Translations under genes and position numbers: made by a program
Part shown: positions 49,495-61,480 of the stretch, piece after piece
How positions within the stretch are numbered: position 1 is the first letter of the stretch
Layout: every line of letters starts with the position of its first letter
The notes under the pieces: generated by a model
What the model was told of the DNA's origin: nothing
What the model saw: only the letters and a program-made list of their open reading frames with translations
The model's database searches: none
Assembly (NCBI GenBank): GCA_013239625.1
Contig: MU054212.1
Coordinates: forward strand, 7,879,412 to 7,943,411
DNA: 64,000 nt
Direction of reading: 5' to 3'
DNA from: Lama guanicoe
Taxonomy: Eukaryota

Positions 49495-50559
49495 TCAACC
49501 TTGGTCTTCCCATCAATAGGATACAGTTAGGATAAAATAAAATAGTTAGGATAAAAATAAATAGGCTAATTCACATAAAATGTTTAATTCAGAGCCTACC
49601 CGCCCATGTTAGCGCGTACTAAGTGATGACTATTATTGTTGTTACTATCCGTGAATGAACCTCGTAGTCCCTTGCTGCTACACAACCCAGGCACTCATGC
49701 CTCTGCTTCAGCAAGGTGATTCAGAGATGCCTGCCTGATTGAAGACGAAAAAAGAAGGCGCGTTCCCACCAGCTATTCTCCCCCACTCAGATTCTTGGCA
49801 ACTACCAACTTAGAGCCATGGCTTGCTCAAGAGGTGGAGATTTCTTCCAGACGCTCCTTAATTTCAGACAAAATTCTCTTCAATGGAAGGGCTATAACTG
49901 AGAGCCTTATAATTCACAGACACAGACCCAAAGGCAAGAAATAAGGGCCGCCTCTGTTCCTTCTCTTTCCCTTCCACACGCCTGTGCTACCAGTCAACCC
50001 TCGTCTCAGGGCAAGGACCCTGGTGTTCAAAATACCATTGTTTGCTCTTAGACTCTTGCAGCCATAACTTTCTGGCTGCTCCCACACTCTGCCTGTTTCT
50101 TTTCACTGTGGCCTATTTAATTTTGGCATGTGCGTCCATTAACCCCGTATGCTTGTCTGTGCTTTTATTGGACAACAATCATCAAAGTCCCTACACTGTC
50201 GCTGCTATTTCCTGAGACTTCTATATTATATCAGCCCGAGAAAGTCTCCACGGAGACAATTTGATTGGGGAAGGGAGGAAAACGGCATGATCTTAATTAA
50301 TTTAATATTTAACGATGGGTTAAATCCACTTCTTACTGACTCATTAAACTAGACTGAAAAGTTGTTGAATGTGGGTTTCCTTAAGTTCTCATTTTAAATG
50401 AAGACAGAATAGCCGTTCCTGCAATCTAGAATTCTTGAGGTTTACCTTTTAAAAATATTTGTTCTGGGACAAATACATTTGCGTCTTAACGTCACACAAT
50501 TCCATTTTGGTCTTTCTTAAGAAGCCCAGTGGACGCTCCAGTCAGATATGTCTGGGTTT

Positions 50560-50790
50560 TTTTCTTTTCTTTTTTTTAATTTTGTTTTTTATTGAAGTAT
50601 AGTTGATTTGCCATGTTAGTTTCAAGTGTACAGCAAAGCGATTCAGTTACACATATACATACGTACATATGTTATTCTCAGATTATTTTCCATTATATGT
50701 TATTACAAGAAACTGAATATAGTTCCCTGTGCTACATGGTAGGTCCTTGTTATTAATCTATTTTATATATAGTAATGTGTATCTGGTTTT
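50560..50790 (-). mobile_element. 5'-truncated L1 3' end
   Basis: ATTGAAGTATAGTTGATTT...TGTACAGCAAAGCGATTCAGTTA...GAATATAGTTCCCTGTGCTA. Confidence 0.9.
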
Positions 50791-50887
50791 AAACCCTAAA
50801 TTGGGCAATGGCTTGATCTGTCTAAAGCTCGATTTCCATATCAGTAAAATGGGGCTAGTAATATATCAACATTATGATATGATGTTC

Positions 50888-51059
50888 TTTTTTTTAACAG
50901 CCCTTTATTTTTTCTTTTTTGGGGGGGTGGATAATTAGGTTTATTTATTTATTATTTATTTATTTTATTTATTATTATTTTTAATGGAGATGCTGTAGAT
51001 TAAACCCAGGACCTTCTGCATGCTAAGCATATACTCTACCACTGAGCTATACCTTCCCC
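50888..51059 (-). mobile_element. Vic-1-type camelid tRNA-derived SINE
   Basis: Reverse complement reads GGGGAAGGTATAGCTCAGTGGTAGAGTATATGCTTAGCATGCAGAAGGTCCTGGGTTTAATC (Pol III A and B boxes), then an AT-rich tail with AAACCTAATTA. Confidence 0.9.
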
Positions 51060-52158
51060 GCACCCAGTATTATGGTGTTCTTCTAAGAGCATAATGAGAA
51101 AATGCCTTCATAGTGCTTGGTACCTTGTGTGCTTTTTTGTAACATAATTGTTTTAAATAATATTGTGGCAATTCTCCTTAATATTATTATTACTATTTCT
51201 TCTCCCAGAAAAAAATCCGATTTTCTTGTCCCACTGCAGAAGATAATATACTTACCTGCCCCTCCCTTTGCCACCTCTCCAAATTCACCACTCCCCAAGC
51301 CTAAACAGTAAAAAAATAAAGAATGTAAAGCACACATGTCTGCCTGGCGTACATCTGGATGCTAGATGCTCTGCCCCACACTTTTGTTCTCACTCTCCCT
51401 TTCCCAGTTCTCCTCGTGAAAAGCGCACTCCTACAAGCCCGGATAACAAGTAGCCCCTGGTCAGTGGCAGCCCCAGTTTTGTTTTGTCTTCTCAGCGCAT
51501 TAGAGATAGGCAAGGGCAGACCTACTTCTTTCTACTAATCTTTCTGAGATCTTCCAAAACAAAAGATGAGTTAGAATTCTTTCAAGCTCCAGGAGTCATG
51601 CCAATAACGTCCTAAGGCACTTTGCATTTCCAGATGAGAGCTTCTGCCTGACAAGGGGTATTGACTTTGTACATCCCGGCCCCCTGGTTTCTACCTTGTG
51701 AGGAGCCCGTCACTGCCGTGTCTGCATCATCAGTGCTCCACCTCGATGTCTTTGCTGTTTTCCTGGCCTTGGGAGGCCACCAGGAGCCTTCATGCCCTCT
51801 CCCCTGGGCAGCTGCTCCATACACGCACCCGCTGGCTGCTCCCTTTCACTGATGGTTGGTGCTCCCTAGAGATAAAGCCACCCTTGATTCTCACCACATC
51901 CAGGCTTTCTTCCCCTAAACCAGCCCATGCAAGGAGTTATAATTCCTTTATTTGTATATCCAGGGACATGAGCATTTTGGTGGGGTGAGGATCCATACCT
52001 TTAATCAGATCATTGAAAGGAGCTAAACCTTAAAAGAAAGTATGCATTGCTTTGCATTGCATTGTTTAATCAGCTAACACCTCTTCATTGAGAAGCTAAA
52101 TGTAAGTCAGTCACTTGAAAAAAATTTTGAATTACAATCTTTAAATTTTTCCAAATTA

Positions 52159-52218
52159 TCTTTTACTTGCATGACTATGCATATATATATGCACATTTCT
52201 ACATATGCAAGTAAAAGA
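52159..52218. repeat. 14-bp perfect inverted repeat enclosing a 16-bp palindrome
   Basis: TCTTTTACTTGCAT (52159-52172) / ATGCAAGTAAAAGA (52205-52218); TGCATATATATATGCA at 52178-52193. Confidence 0.9.
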
Positions 52219-53946
52219 ATATATATAGTATATTATATGTTTTATATACTATGTAATAACACATATAGTAATAACATAATAACATATATAGTATATAATA
52301 TATATAGTCTAATCCTACTGTAATGAGGTAAGTGGGGCTCAAAAATCTAAAACCTCAAAAATGTGGGGTTGTCTTGTTTGCAAGATTAATGAAAACTTGC
52401 CTTGTAATTATGGGGGGAGGGGACTTTTATTTTTTTATTTGTTTTCATTTATTAGATATGTAGGGAAAAGAAGCAGAGCTATGTTTATGAACAGTGACGT
52501 CCTACAGTGAATCAAGAAGACTCCAAACAATCAGAGGGCAGTCCTTTCCTAACACCTGCTCCCCACCCCGCCTGGCCGAGAAGTTAAGAACTTGGCAATC
52601 CCAGCAGGAGGGCAGGGAAGACTGACTCCAGTGTTCAGGGTCAGCCATAGTTGCACCGTGACCAAGTGGACCTGAACATGTAACATTGTTGAGAAATACC
52701 GATGCAAACACACACGTGTGCCCGTGCACACACACAACCACAGTCACATCAGATTGGGTAAAACACGGTGCTCTGAAAAATCTTAGGTCCCAGTGCGGTG
52801 CTGGAGGCAGCAGTACAGATGGCCCCTTCCTTAGGGTTGTCTCCCCCAGGGACCCTTGGGGTCCTTTTGCTCAAGCTCCTAGGCAGGGCTCCCCAGTCCT
52901 TCCGAGACATTCTAATAACTTTGAACCTCGCATGACAAAGTCCAAATTTTTATCATCTTCCTCCCAAAAGGCTTCTTTTCAACCACGCCAAGTTGCTCCC
53001 AGCCCTGCTCTGCAATCTTTAAACCCTCACTAACAGGAAGGAGGAGGTGAGGGAGATAGCAGCTGCTATCGAGCAGAAGTCCTAGCCTCGTTACCAAGCC
53101 AGTGAAGTCAGACAGAACCAAATGTCCCTAAACGTCTTGTGCACTCTTACCCCAGAACAGCAGGTTCCTTCCTGGCTTGAAAGTACCAATGATAATAGTT
53201 CTTTTCCGGATAAAAACGGGTCTCTCACTTTTTAACGGCATTTCCTGTTTCTTAAAGTTTGCCTCATCAGGTACTCATATCAATGTATGTATATATTTTT
53301 GTGTACTTACAGTCCCCAAAGAATTAATTGTCTTCTCCCTTGGTTCAAAGGACATTTTAAAGTGGGTCTTACAAGCTGGAGAAACGTATTACAACGTTAC
53401 ATAAGAATTCCCAATTAAGTTCACGGTCAAACTCAACAAGCGTTCTCTGTCTAGTTCAAATCTGGCTGTGTGTCAGGAGCAACTGTGGTGCTTTTTATAA
53501 AGCACAGATGCCCGGCTCCAACCCCACAGTCAGTAGATCCAGGTAGTGTCTGTGTTTTTGATAAAGTCTCCAGGCTGGAGTGATGGGCAGCCGCAGCTGA
53601 GAACCACAAGGGTGGATACTTTTGAGGGAAGAGCGAATCCCTGAAAACAAATCCAGCTTGCTCAGGACACAGAAATAGTGAGCTTACGCCCCTCGCCCTC
53701 CAGAAACAAAGCTCAAGTTCCAAGAGCAGAAGATGATGCTTAAAGTAAAAGGCAAAGTCAGAAACTCATCGTAGCCATTTTTTTAGTAACATCACTTCCC
53801 TACTGTCAGGGGCTCATCCAGATAAAGGACTAGGAAGTAAAAGCAAATGCAGTGGTACTTAGCCTCAGGAAAGAGCTCTGAATACTTTTTTATTATATCA
53901 CCAGAGGTTAGCATAATCAAAGAAAGCCCTGTCAGAGGCCTCGTTC

Positions 53947-54962
53947 TTTTTTTTAATTAATTAATTTTTTTATTGCAGTATAGTTAGGGGGAGGGTATAG
54001 CTCAAGTAGTAGAGTACATGCTTAGCATGTGTATGAGGTCCTGGGTTCAATCCCCAGTACCTCTACGAAAAAAATAAATCAATGAACCCCCTGCAAAAAA
54101 AAAAAGTGTATTGCAGTGTAGTTGATTTACAATGTTGTGTTAGTTTCAGGTGTACAGCAAAATGATTCAGTTATATATACATATATTATTTTTCAGATTC
54201 TTCTCCATTGTTACAAGATATTGAATATAGTTCCCTGTGCTCTGCAGTAGGTCCTAGTTGGTTATCTATTTTATATATAGTAGTATGTATATGTTAATCC
54301 CAAACTCCTAATTTATCCCTTCCCGCCCTTTTCCCCTTTGTAACCATAAGGTTGTTTTCTGTGTGTGTGAGTCTATTTCTGTTTTGTAGTAAGTTCATTT
54401 GAATCATTTGTTTTAGATCCACATATAAGCGTTATCGTATGATATCTGTCTTTCTCTGACTTACTTCACTTAGTAGAGATAATCCCTAGGTCCATCCGCA
54501 TTGCTGCAAAAGGCATTTTTCCATTCTTTTTATGGCTGAGTAATATACCATTATATGCATACACATGTATATCACATCTTCTCTGTCCATTCACCTGTCG
54601 ATGGACATTTAGGTTGCTTCCAGGTCTTGGCTTACTGTAAATGTTCCCATCGCCGGACCCCCGGGCTAGGGGGCCTGATGTGGGGCTCAGCACCCTCACT
54701 CCTGGGGGGGAACCTCAGCAATATAATGATTCTCCAGTCTGTGGGTCGCCCACCAGCGGGTATGGGATTTGATTATATCGCGAGTGCATTGCTCCTACCA
54801 TCTCGTTGTGGTTCCTTCTTTATGCCTTTGGTTGTGGGAGGTGATTTTCAGTAGGTGCCCTTTTTTATCAGTGCTTGTCCAGCAGTGAGTGGTGACTGTG
54901 GTGTGCTCATGAGAGGAGGTGAGTTCAAGGTCCTTCTCCTCCACCATCTTGGCCTAATCCCG
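53947..54962 (-). mobile_element. Internally deleted L1: about 320 nt of 5' UTR fused to about 560 nt of 3' end, with 13-bp TSD
   Basis: Sense start GGGATTAGGCCAAGATGGTGGAGGAGAAGGACCTTGAACTCACCTCCTCTCA (L1 5' UTR); junction near 54643; TSD AGAGGCCTCGTTC (53934-53946) / AGAGGCCTCTTTC (54963-54975). Confidence 0.85.
53987..54105 (+). mobile_element. Vic-1-type camelid tRNA-derived SINE nested in the L1 tail, with 15-bp TSD
   Basis: GGGGGAGGGTATAGCTCAAGTAGTAGAGTACATGCTTAGCATG..GAGGTCCTGGGTTCAATCCCCAGTACCTC; TSD TATTGCAGTATAGTT (53971-53985) / TATTGCAGTGTAGTT (54109-54123). Confidence 0.93.
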
Positions 54963-55670
54963 AGAGGCCTCTTTCATTAACAGAAATGGAAACACGCATT
55001 TAGATGCCACCAGTGAATCAATTAAAGGGGGAAAGGAGCTTGTCCTGGCCTTCATCACAGTTATTAACTTTGGGGATTACAGCGGTTGCTGAACCCAGCG
55101 CCTTCCTGTCAAGCACCTGGAGCAGAGCGGAGGGGCATAAAACACGGCAAGAGCCTCGTCATACTCAGCACGAAACCCGCAAGTCGTGAGTGTTTGTGGG
55201 TGTGGAGCAGAAGCAAAGCAGAGCCCCACGTTTCTAAAAAACGCTGTTAGCTTTTGTGGATTTAAAACGTGAGAGTGTGGATCAGTGTGTGAATTGGTGT
55301 GTTTCTGTGTGTCTGGGTTTACATAAATCTGGACGCTGGGAATAATATTCACCTCTGATAATTTTCAGTACAACAGTGTTCTAAAATGGGGAGATTCCAT
55401 TAAGAAGTAGCCTCCAGAGGAGTTTCTCAGTGACCTTTGAGCTGTGGCCCCTCCCTCGCTCGTCTTCTTTTGGCCTGTTAATTCCCAGCCTCTGTCAACT
55501 TCTTTGTAGTTTACCAGGTTCAGAAAAATCTTAGTTTGTATGGAACGGTGGCAGCTGGAATAAGATTACTGGCGATTAGAACCCATATGAGCTGAGAAAT
55601 TTAAAAATTAAAAGCAGAAAAATGAACTCAACTTCCTGCCCTGCCAGAAAATGCTCTATGTTTTTGGCAT

Positions 55671-55686
55671 GGGGGGGGGGGGGGGG
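55671..55686 (+). repeat. G16 homopolymer
   Basis: Seen directly in the sequence. Confidence 0.9.
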
Positions 55687-56229
55687 AGTGGAAGTCAGGG
55701 CAGCCACTTCATCTGCCTGAGTCTCAAGTTCTTTGGTTATAATTTGAAATAAAATCTCTCCAGCCTCCTCATCAGGTTATAGGGGAAAGCACTTTATAAT
55801 CTTCAGAAAGTTATACAAATGTCAGATGCCGTGAGTTAAAGCTGCTACCTTTAAAATGACTTCTATGTCATGTGCAATAGAAATGTACGTTTATTATGAA
55901 TGACGTTAAAGACGTGTTGTGAAGGACGTGCTGCTTCGTTGTGAACTTCTCTTCCCTGTGCCAAAATGAAATGCACTTTTCTTCCAACACTCGGTGCCCT
56001 GCAGGTGGGTTTGTTCTTTGGGTCTTGCTTGTTCTCACCCTGTTCTACTCTATTATTTCATCCCTCCCTCACATATAGGGGCCCTCCTTGTCCAATTTTC
56101 AGCCTCTTTTAGTGACTACGCTGGGAGAAGGATGACTTGGTGACCTCCCCTCCTACACGCTCATTATACGTGAGAAGTGCTGTGGAAAAGCAAACGCTGA
56201 GTCCTCGCCTCTGCCCTTCTCCCCGTGAC

Positions 56230-56945
56230 CTGCCAATCACCAAGCACTATTGAATGTGTCAGTCCTTCCACATGGGACCTTTTATTCCCACTCCTGAATC
56301 ACAGAAGTATTCAGCGAACTGGACTCTTCCCTAACTTATGGGTTCCCACCCCCTTCCCTCTTGCCTACCCAATATTTCCTCCACTCAGCATGCTGGCAGT
56401 CTTAACAAAACCAATGTCTGTGTACATTAATTTCCTCCTTCAATCCTGAATGGCACCCAGCCTCCTGGAGGAAAGCCCTATCCTGTCTAGACCTGATAAA
56501 TAAGGCTCTCTAGATCTGATGCCTGTTCAGCTCTCCAATGTTCCCACTCATACTTGCACTCAGTAGTGCTGATCTATTCCCAGTTCCCAAATGCACCATC
56601 CTCCCTTTTGCAAGCTCTGCGTTTTTTTCATGACTCTATGATTACCTTTCCTCTACTCCTTTCTATCTAGGAAATTCCTGTTCACCCTTTAAAACTCTGC
56701 TCCAGAGTCACCCGCTCTTTCCTGTCTCTTTCAGCTCTCCCCAGAGGTAAACTACCATATCCAGCAGTACATACTGTCATGATTGCACACATTACACCGA
56801 GTTAGAATAATTTGTTTCTCCTTCTGGACTGTGAGCTTCTTGAGGGAATGGATCATGTCTCATTCATCTTTGAATCTACAGGAGCTGGCAGAGTGTCAAA
56901 TTATAGCTACAGTATAAATATTTCTGAAGTAAATGAATGGATGGA
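56230..56945 (+). mobile_element. L2 3' region (about 700 bp, degenerate)
   Basis: Pyrimidine-rich L2 body ending GGACTGTGAGCTTCTTGAGGGAATGGATCATGTCTCATTCATCTTTGAATC...AATGAATGGATGG. Confidence 0.8.
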
Positions 56946-57989
56946 TTCATTTCATAAGTGAAAACAGCACACACCCTGTGTAATTCGCGGGGCTGAGCGC
57001 TAGTGAAAGAAACATCTGACCGGGCTCGTCGTTTTTCTGTCCTTGTTCGTTCTTTGTGCTCTTTGGACATGTATGCGACCCTCTGGTAAATTCTGAGTTA
57101 AGCGCCGTGTCGACAGGAAGGAGCAATAGGAACTGACCAAATTAAGCCTGTTGGTGAGTCACACACCTGGTGACTTTAGTATGATCCCAGATGGGTTCTC
57201 TTCCCCCTCACCTCCTCCGTGTGACTTTGAGCACTTATTGTTATACTGAAATTCATGACAAAGCCGAGCTTCTTGACAATTTCAGGAGTAAAATGGCTCT
57301 CAGTAAAAGCGCCCCGTCCTTCCCCTCCGGAAAGCTATGCTCAGCTCTCTTTCTAAAGCAAGGAGAATGGAGTCAGGCGTGGTGTCTCTCAAGTCCCATT
57401 GGTCAGCGTTAAATTGGAAAGTGAGGAGCTCTCAGTGATGCTGCTTATCTCTCTGATTCCTGAGCTTCACTTTGTCCACGAGTCCCTGTATGGAATCAGC
57501 GTAAGCTGTAAGCTAGCCTCCCCTATTTCTTCCTATTATGACTGGAGAATACATGAACATTCTCCATTTTATCTAACGGTGCTGCTTCCCGGGAAACTTT
57601 GTGGGTAAAACGAGAGATGAGCTATTTTTCCTCTTGTATTTGTAATTATATTCCAGGCTTTCCATTATTTCACACCACTGAGTTTTTTCTTTCTTTTCCT
57701 CATAAGGTACACATTTTACTTAGAAGGGAGAATTAATACCTATTGTGTCACTAATGACGGTTCTTTTATGAGTTAATAGCCAAAAACAGGCATGAATAGA
57801 CCAGAAGGTGACAGCAGTGGTCTGTGTGTATTTCACCTTCTGTTTCATGGGACAAGATTTTGCTTTAAAATGCATAGTCCTATATTATAAAATATATATA
57901 TAAATTGGTTTCCCTCATGTCAAATTAATCTCTGAAACTAACAGAATTGGAATTTCACTCTTCTGGAAGTGAGTTTTTTTTATTTAGAA

Positions 57990-58087
57990 TTTCTTTCTTT
58001 TTTTTTTTTAGTTTTTTTTGGGGGGGCGGAGGGAGTTAATTAGGTTTATTTACTTATTTATGTTAATTTTTTTTGATGGAGGTACTG
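57990..58087 (-). mobile_element. 5'-truncated Vic-1-type SINE (tail only)
   Basis: T-run, GGGGGG, TAATTAGGTTTATTTA, then ATGGAGGTACTG, matching the 3' half of the SINEs at 50888 and 53987. Confidence 0.8.
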
Positions 58088-58594
58088 TGTGAGTCAGTTT
58101 TGGAAAATATAATTAAAAATCCATTTCAAGGAAAGAAAATTTTTTTCTTTCCTCTCTCCTTCCTCTTTCTTTTCTGTTTTATTCATTTGGTCAGTAAGTA
58201 CTACCTGGACATAGTATTTGTTGATTGGATTTGGCCAGACACTGTGAAGAATTTAAAATTTTCTAAGTCACTGCCCCTAAACACCTCACAGAGACATACA
58301 AAAAGTCACCTAGAAAAAGAGATGTCAGGGACGGTACCAAGTGTGTAGTACAGGCAGTAAGCGCCTCGAGTTCACAAGCCAGTCTTCACCTCCCTGACGT
58401 TTTCAGTCAGAGCTTTCCGACCTGCCATCCTTGTGATTTATTTTTGATGGTTCTTTTCATCTCATTGCAACATACAGACAGATGCAGGAACATCTGGTCC
58501 TATCCCCTACCTCTCTGTTCCCTCAACTCTACCTCTGAGCAAAAAGATCAGCTATGCCTTCTGTTTACCATGCCTGGATCAAAACGTAATGAGA

Positions 58595-58620
58595 ATATAT
58601 ATATATATATATATATATAT
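58595..58620. repeat. (AT)13 microsatellite
   Basis: Seen directly in the sequence. Confidence 0.95.
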
Positions 58621-59494
58621 GTAAATATGATGGGAAAGAAAACTTTTAAAGTTTAACTAGATATAACAAAAAAGTCAACTCCATCAAAACACTTAATATT
58701 TAGCCCAAACCCTCTATTGAGCTAAGCAGCTTTTCCATAAACTTTCTCATTATTTTCTTTTTCTTCGAGTCAAATTTTAATTTTTTAATCCTTTCTTTAT
58801 TCTCTGTTTTAACTGTTGGCATTTTCATAGTATTTTTGAAATAGTTCCTTTGCAGACAATAGTGTGATTAAGTAGGGCGATGGAAAGCTAAGCACCTGGC
58901 AGGATACTTTTGTGGTTATTTGTGAGTTAAAAAAATCAAAATGTTATACCCCCTTCAACAACTACAACAACATTATATATGGAAAATATGTACAAGCATT
59001 TAAGTTAGTCAAAGGAAAGCTATTCTTTTTTTTAAATATGCAGTTTTAAATAGTTTGTGGCATAATTACAGCAAATGTGTTTACAGGGGAATGACTGTTT
59101 GCCTCACTAGCAAGAGGCTAATACACGTTCTCACCATTTTGTCTCATAGAATGATTGAAGATAGTGGGAAAAGAGGAAATACCATGGCAGAAAGAAGACA
59201 GCTGTTTGCAGAGATGAGTAAGTACGGAAATGTCCATTGAGTACTCGCAAAAAAGCTGGAAATAGCAACTTACTCCTTATGGCATTTGTACTTTGCCTTA
59301 AAATCCCAAATTCGTTACATAAAATGTACATTTGGGCATTCTTGCCTCCTTTTAGGTAAGAATTAAATTATTCAGTGAATCACCGTAATTTGTTATTTGG
59401 ACTGTATGTCTTATATGAAAGAAAAGGGTTCGCGGAACCTAAATGTGTACATACACACACGGACACTTAGTAAACACCATTTAACACTTCAAAG

Positions 59495-59575
59495 TCTCTT
59501 GTCATCTCCCTGCACTACCACAGTGCCTGGCACATCGTAGGCACTAGATAAAATTTTTTGAATGAATCATTGAAT
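59495..59575 (+). mobile_element. L2 3' end fragment
   Basis: CACAGTGCCTGGCACATCGTAGGCACTAGATAAAATTTTTTGAATGAAT. Confidence 0.7.
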
Positions 59576-61480
59576 GTCCTCCCTGTAAAGTGATGTCATG
59601 TGTTCATATGGCAAAGAGCAATCCGGTGTGAGAAGCAAGCCAAACTATAAGCTGTCACTTGAACTTCATGCAGAGGGGGAGAATCTGCCCTGCAAACTAG
59701 CTTCTAAAAAGTGAAAAGGAAAACAAAAGTTTAACAGAGCTTGGAGGTGACCCGCTATACGAGGAAAACCAAACCAAGATTCTATTTATTGACTCCAACG
59801 GAGAGCTCATTAAATAAAGGTTGTTGGTTTATGTAAATGTGAGGTTGCTGTGTAAGTAATTGGGTGGTCGGTTCTCCTTACAGACATTTTTCTTATTCAT
59901 GAGGAGGAAGAACTTGACATTGGGGGAGAAACACACATCTCAAATTCAATGTTATGAAGGAAAAAGTACGATTCTCATATTGTCTTTTTATCTCTCCTTC
60001 CCTGCGAAAGGAAGGAAGATGAACAGGAGTGAGATGTAAGCCTTTCACTCTGAGAAGGCAAGAGACAAAATTAGGTTTCTACTGAAGATTGGAACTGATT
60101 GGCAAGAAGGAGGGTCGGAGCAGATAAAGGAAAACCCCAGATAATACGATTCACAGTTTCTTTTATCATTTCCCAATAATCTAGAGGCACCAAGGCAGCG
60201 TTAGAACTAACAAAGAGGAAAGAAAATTAAAATTGATGTGAGGAACCTCAATCATGCTCCTTGCGTTTTCCACTTTTAGAAACATGTCTGAAGTGCCTGT
60301 GAGAGTTTCAGCCATGACCTTCCAATTTCCTAGGCCATGTCTGGCCCTGTAGCTTCGCTTCTGGCCAGACTGCTCACCTGGAAGTGTTGCCTTTGTTGAG
60401 ACAGATCTAACAGAGGAAGGAACCTAATTACCTCCTGCCCAGCTAACCAAGGCTCAAAGCAGCCCAGGTCTCTTCCCATACCTAGATTCTTAGACTGAAA
60501 AGCCAACCGTCATGTTTATCACAGGCCAGCGTTTTGTCAGAGGAGGAAAAAATATATTAATATTTAGCATAAAAAAGCAATAAAATCTTAGGAGAAATCT
60601 TTGACTTCATCATCGTTACATTAAAGCCTGAATCAGCCAACAGACTGTAAGAATTCTAAAAATGGGCTTAGGTAGTGATTTTGTAAACATGTGTCTGAAT
60701 TTGAGTACATTGTCCCAGCTTCTTCTGCACTTGGTGCAAAATTGACACAGACAAAATACAGGTGTCACAAATGTCTTGGGAATGAAATCTGTCCAACTCA
60801 AAGGAAGAGCAATGTAAGTTTTATAGCCATAGAAACAGAAAAGCTCTAACGTTTTCAAGGGAGAGTGACTTAGGAAAAGGGTGCCTTCATTTCCCAAAAA
60901 GGAACTTAACCTTTTCATGGAAACTTTTCAGGGAGGTCATGCAGCTTATTAAATCATTTTGAGTTCTCCTGATTAGTGGTCAGAATAGGTAAGCAAGCCA
61001 CACAGATATGTGTCTTTCTTCCTTTCTTCCCTTCTTCCAAACCAAGTAAACACATCTGACCTTGACAATCCATTAGTGAGCAATCGTGTTAGGACTCACG
61101 CTGAACCGGGCGTGTCCACAGTAAGGGAACCCTGCCAGATAAAACAATTGGCTGATTTCAAAGGAAGAAACTGACTTTGATTAACTGTCATACGAAAGAA
61201 AAAGGTAATCTCATAAAAAGAACGTGTTAAATATTTTAAAAATATATGGGTCACCCCAGCTCTATCAGCACCGAAGAAAGACAAGGAAACTGTTACCAGA
61301 GAAGACTGACATCGAAACTTGGAAAGTCATTTCTTCCAGGAGTCTGGGATGTCTGGACAGGGAGCTGGAAACGTAGGAGGAACTTGTAAATCTGGTCAGC
61401 TAAATATTACCTAAAAGTAGTGCTTTTTTTAAACATCGAAGGAAAGTGCCAAAAAGATCATTTGTTTTGGAAATTACAAA

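Noticed and set aside
49525..49565. About 19-bp tandem duplication AGTTAGGATAAAATAAAAT
   Set aside because: An ordinary slippage duplication within a decayed MIR.
53987..54063. tRNA gene (also 50985-51059 on -)
   Set aside because: The tRNA-like head is followed by an A-rich SINE tail and TSD, and the cloverleaf pairing is degenerate. It is a SINE.
55671..55686. G16 run (and G12 at 22316-22327) as functional G-quadruplexes
   Set aside because: Simple homopolymers with no supporting context; their lengths are also unreliable in assemblies.
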